Assembly: GCA_016193045.1 (NCBI GenBank)
Contig: JACPSW010000006.1
Coordinates: forward strand, 1,116-65,115
Source of the DNA: Candidatus Rokuibacteriota bacterium
Lineage (GTDB): Bacteria > Methylomirabilota > Methylomirabilia > Rokubacteriales > CSP1-6
Direction of reading: 5' to 3'
Length of the DNA stretch: 64,000 nucleotides
The position numbers and the translations under genes were made by a program. Below, piece by piece: positions 9,182 to 17,084 of the stretch. Every line of letters starts with the position of its first letter. Position 1 is the stretch's first letter. The notes under the pieces are model-generated. The model was given only the letters and a program-made list of their open reading frames with translations, was not told the DNA's origin and searched no databases.

Positions 9182-10191
9182 CGAGGGGGGTGTGCTTTGC
9201 AGCGCGAAAATATCTCATCGGGTGTGAGCAATGAAATCGCGGTCTTCGGGCCCAGCACGTCGATACGTAAGATTCTGTCCGGATTGCGCAAATCGACCTT
9301 TCTGTCGATGCTCGCGGCGAGATAGTCAATGATCTCCTTCGTATGATATTGGCGCCAGCGCCGTTTTTCCACCTCCATGGCCCAGGTGTCATCCTGATCG
9401 ATCAGATCCCTTATGTGCGTCTCGATCACCGACTTCATCGCCTGAAGCTCCGTTTCGCACCAGAAATCGACAGGGACCCATTTCACCGCGAATCGGAAGA
9501 TTGGCCCCCCTTCGAATAATTCCCTGCATCGCCTGATGACGTCTCGGTTATTCAAAGTGGTGCGGACGATGGCGATGCCTGGGACATTCGTCTTTTCGAT
9601 CTGGGGATGTGGATCCCCAAACTGCCGGAGAATGCGCGTTATTTCATGGCGTGCGGGATGGAACTGCCTCCACGGGTAGGAAACGAGGAGTTCATTCGTG
9701 CCCATGGTTGGCATGAGCGCATCCGAGTCCAGGCGTTGGGCTCTTTCTGAACCGCCGCAGATTCCTTTCAAGGGCACGTACCGCACCTCACAAATGATCT
9801 GTCTGACGGTGCCAGTCTCGGTCTTTTCAGCGAGAACGAGATTCTGAACATCGTCTTCAATCATCGGGACGATGAGCCGTCCACCCGTTCGCAACTGATC
9901 GATCAGCGGCGGGGGTATCTTTCGGCAGGCCGCCGTCACGGCGATTCTGTCATAGGGGCTCATCTCCGGACACCCCAGCCCCCCATCCCCCTGGATCAGG
10001 ACGATGTCGCGGTAGCCGGCCCGTTCGAGATTTTCTTTGCCGAACGCAAAAGTCAATGGATCGATTTCGACGGACACGACGAGACCCTCGGGGCCGACGA
10101 CTTCTCGCGCCAGGGCGGTCCCATAGCCCGAGCCCAGGCCGATCTCGAGAAAGCGATGGCCTTGATCCAAGCCGAGCGGCTCGTAAAACAA
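9130..10191 (-). CDS. Protein-L-isoaspartate O-methyltransferase-like domain fused to an unrecognised roughly 200-aa C-terminal domain; N-terminus truncated, possible pseudogene
   Basis: PIMT motifs (FLEIGLGSGYGTA ... VRYVPLKG) begin at residue 14. The only start is TTG at 10191. An in-frame TGA lies 12 codons upstream, and PIMT-like sequence (EATISCPHSY, cf. GQTISQPY) continues beyond it. Lower GC than the core. Convergent 52-nt overlap with the molybdoenzyme gene. Confidence 0.55.
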   Translation of the reverse strand: MFYEPLGLDQGHRFLEIGLGSGYGTALAREVVGPEGLVVSVEIDPLTFAFGKENLERAGYRDIVLIQGDGGLGCPEMSPYDRIAVTAACRKIPPPLIDQLRTGGRLIVPMIEDDVQNLVLAEKTETGTVRQIICEVRYVPLKGICGGSERAQRLDSDALMPTMGTNELLVSYPWRQFHPARHEITRILRQFGDPHPQIEKTNVPGIAIVRTTLNNRDVIRRCRELFEGGPIFRFAVKWVPVDFWCETELQAMKSVIETHIRDLIDQDDTWAMEVEKRRWRQYHTKEIIDYLAASIDRKVDLRNPDRILRIDVLGPKTAISLLTPDEIFSRCKAHPPRYAIGRGAKLMEVKERL

Positions 10192-10887
10192 GGGATAACT
10201 GTGGGGACAGGAGATGGTCGCCTCTCACTGGACTTTCGCGGCTCGCTCCTTTTCCAATTCCTCCCGGCTCTTGGTGGGCGCCTTCGGCGGTGGGATGATC
10301 CAGCCGTGCATTCTTGCCTCGCTCAAGCGCTGGACAGGCGGGTGGGGGGTCCCAATAAGGAGCGGGAAACGTGAGGATCGGCCCAAAAAAAAAATGCCCT
10401 GGAAGCTATCTGAAGCGCTTCCTCCTTACCTTCCTTTTGCCCTTCGAGATTAGTGTCAACCTCGACTGACCGTCGGCTGGTTCGGTTTCCGCAGCTCCGG
10501 AACTTCAACTTCCAGGGTACCCACAATCTAAACCCCGCCTCACCCGCTGTCAATGAGCCGTTCACTCTAATCAAAATGCATGGGAAGAACAAGACTATTC
10601 ACGCCGACTGCGGCGAGCACCTGCCGGGAAGTCTGTGGACGAGCGGCCGGGCCCGCCCCATGCGAGCCGATCTCGAAGCCTAGGGTGGGGGCAGACGATG
10701 TCCCAGTCGCCCCGTCAGATGGGGCGGTGCCACCCCATCAACTCCTTGAAGACGGCTATTGAACTCTATGGTCCGTAACGAAATCAAGGTATTAGAGGGA
10801 CGCCCGCTCTGGCACTGCGGTTGCTCAGTCAACTGGGTTGGCAAGTCCGAAGCAAACAAGACAGGCTCGCCAAGTGGGGGTGACTCG

Positions 10888-11316
10888 ATGAATATCGCAA
10901 GCATCCTGGCGACTAAGGGCGGCCAAGTCATGACGATCCGTCCCGAGCAAACAGTCAGGGAGGCCGTCGCGTCACTCGTCAAACATAATATTGGTGCGCT
11001 CATCGTCGTGAACGATGTCGACAAACCCATCGGGATTATCACCGAGCGCCACATTGTGCGTGAAGTGGCGAGAAACGAGCAGATCTTCACGCAAACCATC
11101 CGTGAGGTTATGACACAGGACTTGCTCACCGGAACGCCGCAGGATGATCTGATGTCGGTCGCCCATGTCATGACCGAACGGCGAATTCGCCATTTGCCGG
11201 TCATGGACAAAGGGAAGCTCATCGGCATCGTGTCCATTGGGGACGTGGTCAAGGCCCAGCGGGACACGTACCGGGGTGAGGTCGAGACCTTGCAGACGCA
11301 GATTCTCGGGAGTTGA
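10888..11316 (+). CDS. CBS-domain pair protein
   Basis: Two CBS motifs (IGALIVVNDVDKPIGIITERHIVREV; IRHLPVMDKGKLIGIVSIGDVV). Internal ATG 10888 follows ggggg. Confidence 0.8.
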   Translation: MNIASILATKGGQVMTIRPEQTVREAVASLVKHNIGALIVVNDVDKPIGIITERHIVREVARNEQIFTQTIREVMTQDLLTGTPQDDLMSVAHVMTERRIRHLPVMDKGKLIGIVSIGDVVKAQRDTYRGEVETLQTQILGS

Positions 11317-11493
11317 CGCGTCCGCGGCAAACGCTCTGAGCCCGCTGGTTCTCCTCCGAGGGAGCTGGATCATGACGAAGACGGACCTGGTGGGCCGAAC
11401 TGGCGAAGGTATCCAATCTGACGAAGAGGGAAAGCGTGTCCAGTGGACGATGACCCGATACGAGTGAGAATGAGTCCCCGAAGGATTCGGACA

Positions 11494-12105
11494 ATGGCAA
11501 GGAGGGATCCACCTGCCGGACTCGGACACAAGTGCCTCATGTTGCTCCCTATACTCCTGGCCCTGTGGGGCCTGGCCGGCTGCGCCACCGCCTATGTCCG
11601 GGGCGAGACCGCCCTTCGTCAAGAGCGCTACGACGAGGCGGCGGGCTATTTCATCGAAGCCCTCGCCACGGACCCCGGACGGATCGACGCTCGAACCGGG
11701 CTCGGCATCACCCGGTACAAGCAGGGGAAGCTCGACGAAGCGGAAGACGCCCTCCGACAGGTCATCACCCAAGTGCCCGGCCGCTCGGAGGCACGGCTCT
11801 ACCTGGGCCTCACATATCTGCAAAAGGGGGAGAACAGCTCGGCCGAGGAGCAATTGACTGCGGTTCTGGCTCTCAAACCCCACCGCCGTATCGCGGCCCA
11901 GATCGAACGGGCCCTCAGGCTGATTCGATCCGGCCCCCTCTCGGACGACACAAGAATGTTCGTCGCGGCGAGTCTCGAAGACGAGGCGGAGTGGGAATGT
12001 GAGGTGCGTGACGCGGAGCGCCAGCGATGCGTTTATGTGGAGCCGGTGTGGCCTGTGTATTGGCACTCCTACTGGTACCCGTATTGGTACCGTTATCGCT
12101 TCTGA
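11494..12105 (+). CDS. TPR-repeat lipoprotein with aromatic-rich C-terminal tail
   Basis: Lipobox LLALWGLAGC. TPR-like repeats. Unusual tail VWPVYWHSYWYPYWYRYRF. Start placed at M18 of the ORF. Confidence 0.55.
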   Translation: MARRDPPAGLGHKCLMLLPILLALWGLAGCATAYVRGETALRQERYDEAAGYFIEALATDPGRIDARTGLGITRYKQGKLDEAEDALRQVITQVPGRSEARLYLGLTYLQKGENSSAEEQLTAVLALKPHRRIAAQIERALRLIRSGPLSDDTRMFVAASLEDEAEWECEVRDAERQRCVYVEPVWPVYWHSYWYPYWYRYRF

Positions 12106-12275
12106 GCTGGAACTGGAGGGTGCGAGGTGTCAATCTTCGGACGAACGATTCGGAGAACTCGAGCGGAGGCGGGATCCATTTGCTGCCGGACCGCCACAAG
12201 CGGCGCCGCCTGATCACTCAGCTCCCCGGCACCCTCAAGGCGAGGCTCCTGGACGAGCCGCCTGGGGCACTCCTC

Positions 12276-12458
12276 ATGGATCTGGACGCATTCCTGCAGC
12301 ATGTCGCAGCCGGGCTCGGCACGCATACGTCGGGAGGCAAACGCGCCGTGCGCATCGTGTACCGCGCGCTCCGCGAAGCGGTGTCCCCAGGCGAGCTGGC
12401 CAAAGCCGAGGCACACCTCCCAAAGGAGGTCGCCGGCTTTCTCGAGCGTGCCGCATGA
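12276..12458 (+). CDS. Short DUF2267-like protein (N-terminal half only)
   Basis: MDLDAFLQHVAAGLG...AVRIVYRALREAVSPGELAKAEAHLPKEVAGFLE resembles the first half of DUF2267. The ORF ends after about 60 aa. Confidence 0.3.
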   Translation: MDLDAFLQHVAAGLGTHTSGGKRAVRIVYRALREAVSPGELAKAEAHLPKEVAGFLERAA

Positions 12459-12504
12459 GCCTCGACCATGACTGACTTCTCGCCGGCCGCCTGATCCCTC
12501 CAGT

Positions 12505-12545
12505 GGCAAAGTTGAGCGCGAGGAGGGCAAAGTTTAGGGCAAAGT
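12505..12545 (+). promoter_or_regulatory. Three direct repeats of GGCAAAGT upstream of the tRNA-Asp promoter
   Basis: Copies at 12505-12512, 12526-12533 and 12538-12545, just upstream of the -35 element. UP/Fis-like arrangement typical of stable-RNA promoters. Confidence 0.4.
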
Positions 12546-12559
12546 GGGGGGGTTCGCCA

Positions 12560-12588
12560 TTGACTCGGCCCGCGTAACCATGTAAATT
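12560..12588 (+). promoter_or_regulatory. Sigma70-type promoter of the tRNA-Asp gene
   Basis: TTGACT (12560-12565), 17-nt spacer, TAAATT (12583-12588). The tRNA starts 8 nt downstream. Confidence 0.6.
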
Positions 12589-12596
12589 CTCAGCGC

Positions 12597-12641
12597 GGGG
12601 TCGTGGTGCAGCCTGGTTAGCACACTGGACTGTCAATCCGA
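12597..12641 (+). tRNA. tRNA-Asp(GTC) 5' fragment (acceptor 5' strand, D-arm, anticodon arm; no T-arm or 3' acceptor)
   Basis: GGGGTCG-TG-GTGC-AGCCTGGTTA-GCAC-A-CTGGA-CTGTCAA-TCCGA with canonical U8, A14, G18G19, A21, U33 and R37. Sequence after position 43 is not tRNA-like. Confidence 0.7.
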
Positions 12642-13331
12642 TCCGCAGTATGAGCCCCGTTGGTAAGTGCGTAACTTGCCAGCGGGTTTTTCTTTCTCTC
12701 GTTGGCTAGGGTCGGGTAGTTTCGGGTGGTTTCTAGGTGCTGACGGGCATAATGGCGGGCATAACGCCAGGGGGCCGAGCCCCGCACGCAGGTCGAGCCC
12801 CGGCACGATTGGAGCCCGTAGGTCGGGGGGGAGGAGGACAAGGACGCAAGCGCTCAACCAGGTCCCTTCGATTGCTCGCCTCAGTAACCGATGGCATTGG
12901 GAACAGAAGGGGCCTTTGATGAACTCATCGAGACTGCCGCGAGAGGGGTTCTCGACGGTACGGAAGGCAGATAGGAAGTGTGGCATGATCTCCCAATCGA
13001 GATCGAAGTGAGAAAAGGGGTAGAAGTCGGGCGGCTTCGCCGTTCGGGTGGGGTCAGGTGACGGTGGTGGAGTAGACGTGGCGACTGGGCGACGAGTCAA
13101 CTGATGTCGGTGGATGATCAGGGCGAGGACCAAGACAAGGGCCACCGAAAGCAGCAGCCACGCTGGTGTTGGAAGAGGGGTCCTCAGGTACGGACCGATT
13201 ACGCGGACGTAGGCGACCACAACTGCGAACAGTATAGCCAGTAACGCAAGAATCCCGGTGGCGATGAGATTCGCTGTCACCTGATTGAAGATGTTCCTGA
13301 GCCAATTGCGGATGCTTCGCCATGACCACAT
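12633..13331 (-). CDS. Hypothetical membrane protein (two N-terminal TM helices, Cys-containing C-terminal region)
   Basis: 232-aa ORF. Its C-terminal 40-50 codons run through repeat copy 1 and the tRNA fragment, so the native C-terminus is probably replaced or non-coding. Confidence 0.4.
   Translation of the reverse strand: MWSWRSIRNWLRNIFNQVTANLIATGILALLAILFAVVVAYVRVIGPYLRTPLPTPAWLLLSVALVLVLALIIHRHQLTRRPVATSTPPPSPDPTRTAKPPDFYPFSHFDLDWEIMPHFLSAFRTVENPSRGSLDEFIKGPFCSQCHRLLRRAIEGTWLSACVLVLLPPDLRAPIVPGLDLRAGLGPLALCPPLCPSAPRNHPKLPDPSQREKEKPAGKLRTYQRGSYCGSD
12662..12691 (+). terminator. Hairpin (ggtaag..cttgcc) plus T-run directly after the truncated tRNA-Asp
   Basis: Stem-loop followed by agcgggttttt. 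The T-run is the first base of repeat copy 1. Confidence 0.5.
12681..12768 (+). repeat. Copy 1 of a roughly 90-bp repeat family (core TTTTTCTTTCTCTCGTTGGCTAGG ... CGGGCATAATGGCGGGCATAACGCC)
   Basis: 21/23 identity in the core and about 65% over the next 55 nt to the copies at 31088..31172 (+) and 39130..39225 (-). All three begin at a terminator T-run. Confidence 0.75.
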
Positions 13332-13408
13332 CGGTCCTCATTATCGAGCCAAAGCCGCTGCCGATCCAAGAACGAAACCAGCGGGCAGAATTCGGGTCCC
13401 GTGCACTC

Positions 13409-13780
13409 TCAAGCCTGAGTCCTTCGAGCGTACTCAGCGTTAAGTAGCCGTTCGAGCAGGTGTCGTACCGCACGATAGCCAATCTCATTAGAGAGCACGT
13501 CAACCGGGCGATCATTGTAGAGGTCTTCGTGAGGCTCGCCGAAAAAGCGCGCCATTTCCTTAGGAGTGAGCCGCTCGCCTACTGCGGCGGCGAGTTCCGA
13601 GAGCCGCGCGAGCGTTCGCGCTTCGCGAGACGAGGGATGCCCACGGCCGCGTTCCCACCTGGAGACACTCACGAGACTCACATTCAACCATTGCGCAAGC
13701 TGCTGCTGGCTGAGTTCAAGTTGCCGTCTGAGTTGCACAAGCTCCTTTGTGGAATGCGCGTTTCGGTCCAAGCTGAACAC
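13409..13780 (-). CDS. Xre-family HTH protein with C-terminal toxin-binding (Xre/MbcA/ParS antitoxin-like) domain
   Basis: HTH LSQQQLAQWLNVSLVSVSRWERG. C-terminal ...RPVDVLSNEIGYRAVRHLLERLL resembles DUF2384-type antitoxin domains. GTG or TTG start at about 13780/13771, abutting the IS21 end. The upstream part of the ORF is non-coding. Confidence 0.55.
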   Translation of the reverse strand: MFSLDRNAHSTKELVQLRRQLELSQQQLAQWLNVSLVSVSRWERGRGHPSSREARTLARLSELAAAVGERLTPKEMARFFGEPHEDLYNDRPVDVLSNEIGYRAVRHLLERLLNAEYARRTQA

Positions 13781-13860
13781 CAGGATCGGACCAACGTGAA
13801 CACCCAGATCGGCATGGTGAACACGTAGATCGGTGATCGTGAACAGGCGACCCTTTCCCC
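13775..13860 (+). repeat. IS21-family left terminal region with multiple direct GTGAACAC...GATCGG repeats
   Basis: ctGAACACcaGGATCGGaccaacGTGAACACccaGATCGGcatgGTGAACACgtaGATCGGtgatcGTGAACAgg, iterated subterminal repeats as in IS21 IstA binding sites. Immediately upstream of istA. Confidence 0.5.
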
Positions 13861-13937
13861 CCAGGGGGGCGGGCGCCTGAGGGCAGCGACGCTGGATGGT
13901 CCAGCGCGCCGTCCGCCCCGAGCCAGAAGGGGGCGCG

Positions 13938-15084
13938 ATGGCGGCCGAGCGACTATCCATGCGGCAGATCCGCGAGGTCCTGCGACAGAAGTGGACCCTG
14001 GGCCGGAGCCACCGGGAGGTGGCCGAGGGCCTGGGGATCGGCCTGGGGACTGTCTCCAGCGTCGACCGACGGGCCCGGGCGGCCGGGCTCGACTGGCCTC
14101 AGGTCGAGGCGGTCAGCGAGGCGGCGCTCGACGCGCGCCTGTACGGGCCGCCGACCCCGCCCACGCATCACCGCCCCGTCCCCGACTGCGCGGCCCTGCA
14201 TGCCGAGCGGCGCAAGCCCGGCGTCACTCTCGAACTGCTCCACCTCGAGTATCTCGAGCAGCATCCTGACGGCTACCGCTACACCCAGTTCTGCGAGGTC
14301 TACCGGCGCTGGCTTCAGCGGCGGGGCCTGTCGATGCGCCAGGTCCCACGCCGGCGACAAGTGCTTCGTGGACTACGCCGGCAAGAAACCCACCATCGTC
14401 GACCCGACGACGGGCGAGGTGATCCCGGTCGAGCTCTTTGTCGCCGCCCTGGGCGCGTCGAACTACACCTACGCCGAGGCGACCCGCACCCAGCAGGTCC
14501 CCGACTGGCTCGCGAGCCATCAGCGCGCCTTCCAGTTCTTCGGCGGGGTCACCAACGCCGTGGTCTGTGACCAGCTCAAGAGTGGCGTCGTGGTCCCGTG
14601 CCGCTACGAGCCCGGACTGCAGCGCACCTACGAGGAGTTCGCCCAGCACTACGGCACCGTGGTGCTCCCGGCCCGGCCGGCGCGCCCTCGGGACAAGGCC
14701 AAGACGGAAGTCGCCGTGCAGATCGTGGAGCGGTGGATCCTCGCTCGTCTCCGCCACGAGACCTTCTTCTCGCTGGCGGCGCTCAACGCCCGCATTGCCG
14801 AGCTCCTCGCGGATCTGAATGGCCGCCCCATGCGCCTGTACCGCGCGAGCCGGCGCGAGCTCTTCGCGCGCCTGGACCAGCCTGCGCTCCGCCCGCTCCC
14901 CGCCGAGCCCTTCGTGTACGGCGAGTGGAAGGTGGGCGCGCGGGTCAACATCGATTATCACATCGAGCTGCACGGGCATTACTACTCCGTCCCCTACGCC
15001 CTCATCCACGAGCACGTCGATGTGCGCCTGACGGCGACGACCGTCGAGTGTCAACGGGAATCCAAAAGTCCCCACTTGCGGTAA
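13938..15084 (+). pseudogene. istA: IS21-family transposase IstA, frameshifted near 14345 and C-terminally truncated
   Basis: [15 protein letters not shown]... then the second frame ...[42 protein letters not shown]...[22 protein letters not shown]. The frames join if one C is removed from caggtcccacgcc (expected [15 protein letters not shown]). Confidence 0.85.
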
Positions 15085-15107
15085 TTGAAAACTCCCCACC
15101 CCCGGGT

Positions 15108-15300
15108 TCACTCCGTGGCCTCGGCGGGGCGGACGAGGCCGGCCTTGAGCTTGTCCTTGAGCCGGTAGGAATTGCCCCGGATGTTGAGGGTGATGGCATG
15201 GTGGAGGATCCGGTCCAGGATCGCCGTGGCGATGACGCGGTCCCCGAAGACCTCCCCCCAGCTGCCGAAGCTCTGGTTGCTCGTGAGGATCATGGGACCC
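15108..15300 (-). pseudogene. istB: IS21-family IstB C-terminal remnant
   Basis: Only the last roughly 60 aa are IstB-like: GPMILTSNQSFGSWGEVFGDRVIATAILDRILHHAITLNIRGNSYRLKDKLKAG. The upstream part of the ORF is noise. Confidence 0.7.
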
Positions 15301-15546
15301 CGTAGGTGGGTACCGAATTTACTGGACAGGACCGAGCGCGCCGCCCACCCGGTGGATGAAGTGCTACCTCGCGCCCTGTGCGGCAGTGGGTCCTGAGCCT
15401 GCCCCACCGCCTCCGCTACCTCCTCGCCTGGAATCCACCCTCTGCCGCGCCGTCTTGGGCGTCTACGCTCCCGAAGACCCGGGGTGCCCGAATTCGGGCG
15501 CCCCGGGTGCGTTCGCACACATTCCAGCCTTGGTCTAGCAGTCCGT

Positions 15547-16746
15547 CTAAACTCCCCAGTTGCACTGTCCGGAGGGCCTGAGAGGATCCGCATCCTTCCT
15601 CCAGTGAGGTGCCTTGTAGTCGATCGTGAACAGTTCCGGCCGGAGGTAATCGTAGTGGTCGTAGAGCCAGGGCAGCTGAGGCCGGTGGAAATCCGGGTGA
15701 TTCGCGAACTCTCTCTCCACCGCGAGCTTCCAGAACGGCGACGAGCTCTGAGGGGAGACGACATCGTGGTGCAGTGGCGCGAAGATTTTCGGCTCGACGG
15801 CGTTGATGTATAGGGCAATGTCCCGCACGCCGTTGGTGGCAAACCCGAGGCTGACGATGGACCCGAAGTGGATGTCGGTGAGTGGCAGCGCGCGCATTAT
15901 GTCGTACAGGCTCAGCGGCCCTGCCTGCTCCTTCAAGCCCACCGTATCGTGCCACACGAATGTGAAACTGTTGTCGTGATTCACCCGGAACTGATAGAAC
16001 AGGCTCAGGGCACCTGCGGCTCCGTCCCCGGACGAGCTGACGCCGTCGCTCGGGCCGGGGCCCGGCGGGAAGAGCACGGGGTCCCGTGGGTCAGGGATCG
16101 GCTCGACCGGGTTGGGTGGGTTTGTCGGGTCCGGGGCTGCGACTCCGGAATGCACGTGCTTGAACACCGTGATACACGCGTCGGGCTTCAGCACCTCCAG
16201 CGCATTCACCTCGGCGCCAGGCGCGGAACTCCGCGACACCGCCTCGACACAGTTGACCGTGGCCGTGGGACCAAGGACGGCCTGAGCGTCCCCACGCGCC
16301 ATGTCACAGTGCTCGGGAGCCCCCACAATCGTCGCCCCGGTGACGGCGGCGATGTACCCGGCCAACTCCGCATGGTCGAAGTGCCCATGCCCGATAAAGA
16401 TCGCCTCGGGCTTGAGCGCGACCAGCTCGTTCAGGGTCGTGGGTGTGCGGCCAGGTGTGTCCTGTCGGTTGTTGATGAAGGCGTCCAGGAGGACCACGCG
16501 CCCCTTCAGTGCAACCGCTAAGCTCGTGTTGCTGAACCACGAGAAGATGACGCGATCCTTGCGTACATTCCCCGTCACCGGATCGACATTCTCAACCCCG
16601 AAGTAGTGCTGACGGGCGGCTACCCGAGATGGAGGCGCCGGTGGCCCCGGGTCGAACAGAGAGTCTAGGAGGGTCTGGGCAGGCACGCAGAGCGGGAGGA
16701 AGAGCACGCTCAGCACGGCGGCTAGAGAAATGACAGCCCTTTTCAT
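15547..16746 (-). CDS. Secreted metallo-beta-lactamase-fold hydrolase
   Basis: Signal peptide MKRAVISLAAVLSVLFLPLCVPAQT. MBL motif IGHGHFDH, with further His/Asp ligands downstream. Confidence 0.8.
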   Translation of the reverse strand: MKRAVISLAAVLSVLFLPLCVPAQTLLDSLFDPGPPAPPSRVAARQHYFGVENVDPVTGNVRKDRVIFSWFSNTSLAVALKGRVVLLDAFINNRQDTPGRTPTTLNELVALKPEAIFIGHGHFDHAELAGYIAAVTGATIVGAPEHCDMARGDAQAVLGPTATVNCVEAVSRSSAPGAEVNALEVLKPDACITVFKHVHSGVAAPDPTNPPNPVEPIPDPRDPVLFPPGPGPSDGVSSSGDGAAGALSLFYQFRVNHDNSFTFVWHDTVGLKEQAGPLSLYDIMRALPLTDIHFGSIVSLGFATNGVRDIALYINAVEPKIFAPLHHDVVSPQSSSPFWKLAVEREFANHPDFHRPQLPWLYDHYDYLRPELFTIDYKAPHWRKDADPLRPSGQCNWGV

Positions 16747-16805
16747 TGTTTAGCCTCCTCTTGTTTAGCTTCCCCCGTTGAGTTGGATCCCGTGATCCGG
16801 TTTTT

Positions 16806-16973
16806 CTAGAAGGCGTCCACCTGGAACGCGGGCGGCGGCTGCGAGGCGCCCCGAACCTCGGCCGTCAGGAGAAGGCCGAGCGCGACCACGAGCAACGCCA
16901 CCATCGGGATTACCGAGGAAGGGCGTCGGCGGCGGATGCCGGCTGCGGGCTCGGGGCGACCGGAACCTGCCAT
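16806..16973 (-). CDS. Small secreted or membrane peptide (55 aa), missed by the ORF track
   Basis: Own translation: MAGSGRPEPAAGIRRRRPSSVIPMVALLVVALGLLLTAEVRGASQPPPAFQVDAF. RBS aaagggga 6 nt upstream. High GC3. Basic N-region plus hydrophobic helix, then a 17-aa tail. Directly upstream of the MBL hydrolase gene on the same strand. Confidence 0.4.
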   Translation of the reverse strand: MAGSGRPEPAAGIRRRRPSSVIPMVALLVVALGLLLTAEVRGASQPPPAFQVDAF

Positions 16974-17084
16974 GGTCGTCCCCTTTCGCGGGGGCCGGGT
17001 GGGACGGCATGCAGCGGCTCAGTTACCTTAGCCCCACTCGGCCTGGTTCTTGAAGATCGGCCGACAGAGAAATCGTAGCTCTCT

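Larger units (their letters stand above)
13775..15300 (+). mobile_element. Decayed IS21-family composite: frameshifted, 3'-truncated istA abutted by an inverted istB remnant from a second copy
   Basis: istA (+) ends at 15084 inside its catalytic domain. The sequence 15055-15107 (TGTCAACGGGAATCCAAAAGTCCCCACTTGCGGTAATTGAAAACTCCCCACC) looks like an IS21 terminus with internal repeats. The istB C-terminus (-) follows. Confidence 0.7.

Noticed and set aside
12597-12661. A T-arm-less tRNA (acceptor GCGGGG(T) pairing with GCCCCGT 12654-12660)
   Set aside because: A 6-7 bp G/C complementarity is expected by chance in this DNA. No T-arm, no CCA and no precedent in bacteria. Truncation by insertion explains it better.
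12681-12768. Repeat family as the 5' end of group IIC introns (which insert after terminator hairpins)
   Set aside because: No GUGYG 5' boundary, no intron domain V/VI structure and no reverse transcriptase ORF within any of the three insertions. The elements are far shorter and carry unrelated cargo.
13054-13515. RES/ART-type toxin downstream of the Xre-like antitoxin gene
   Set aside because: The translation is low-complexity, lacks RES or ADP-ribosyltransferase motifs, and overlaps the antitoxin gene by more than 100 nt.
15540-15585. Second IS21-like terminal repeat suggested by similarity of CTAAACTCCCCAGTTGCACTGTC to the 15055-15107 terminus
   Set aside because: The segment is the in-frame 3' end of the MBL hydrolase gene (…SGQCNWGV*). 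The similarity is short and in direct, not inverted, orientation.
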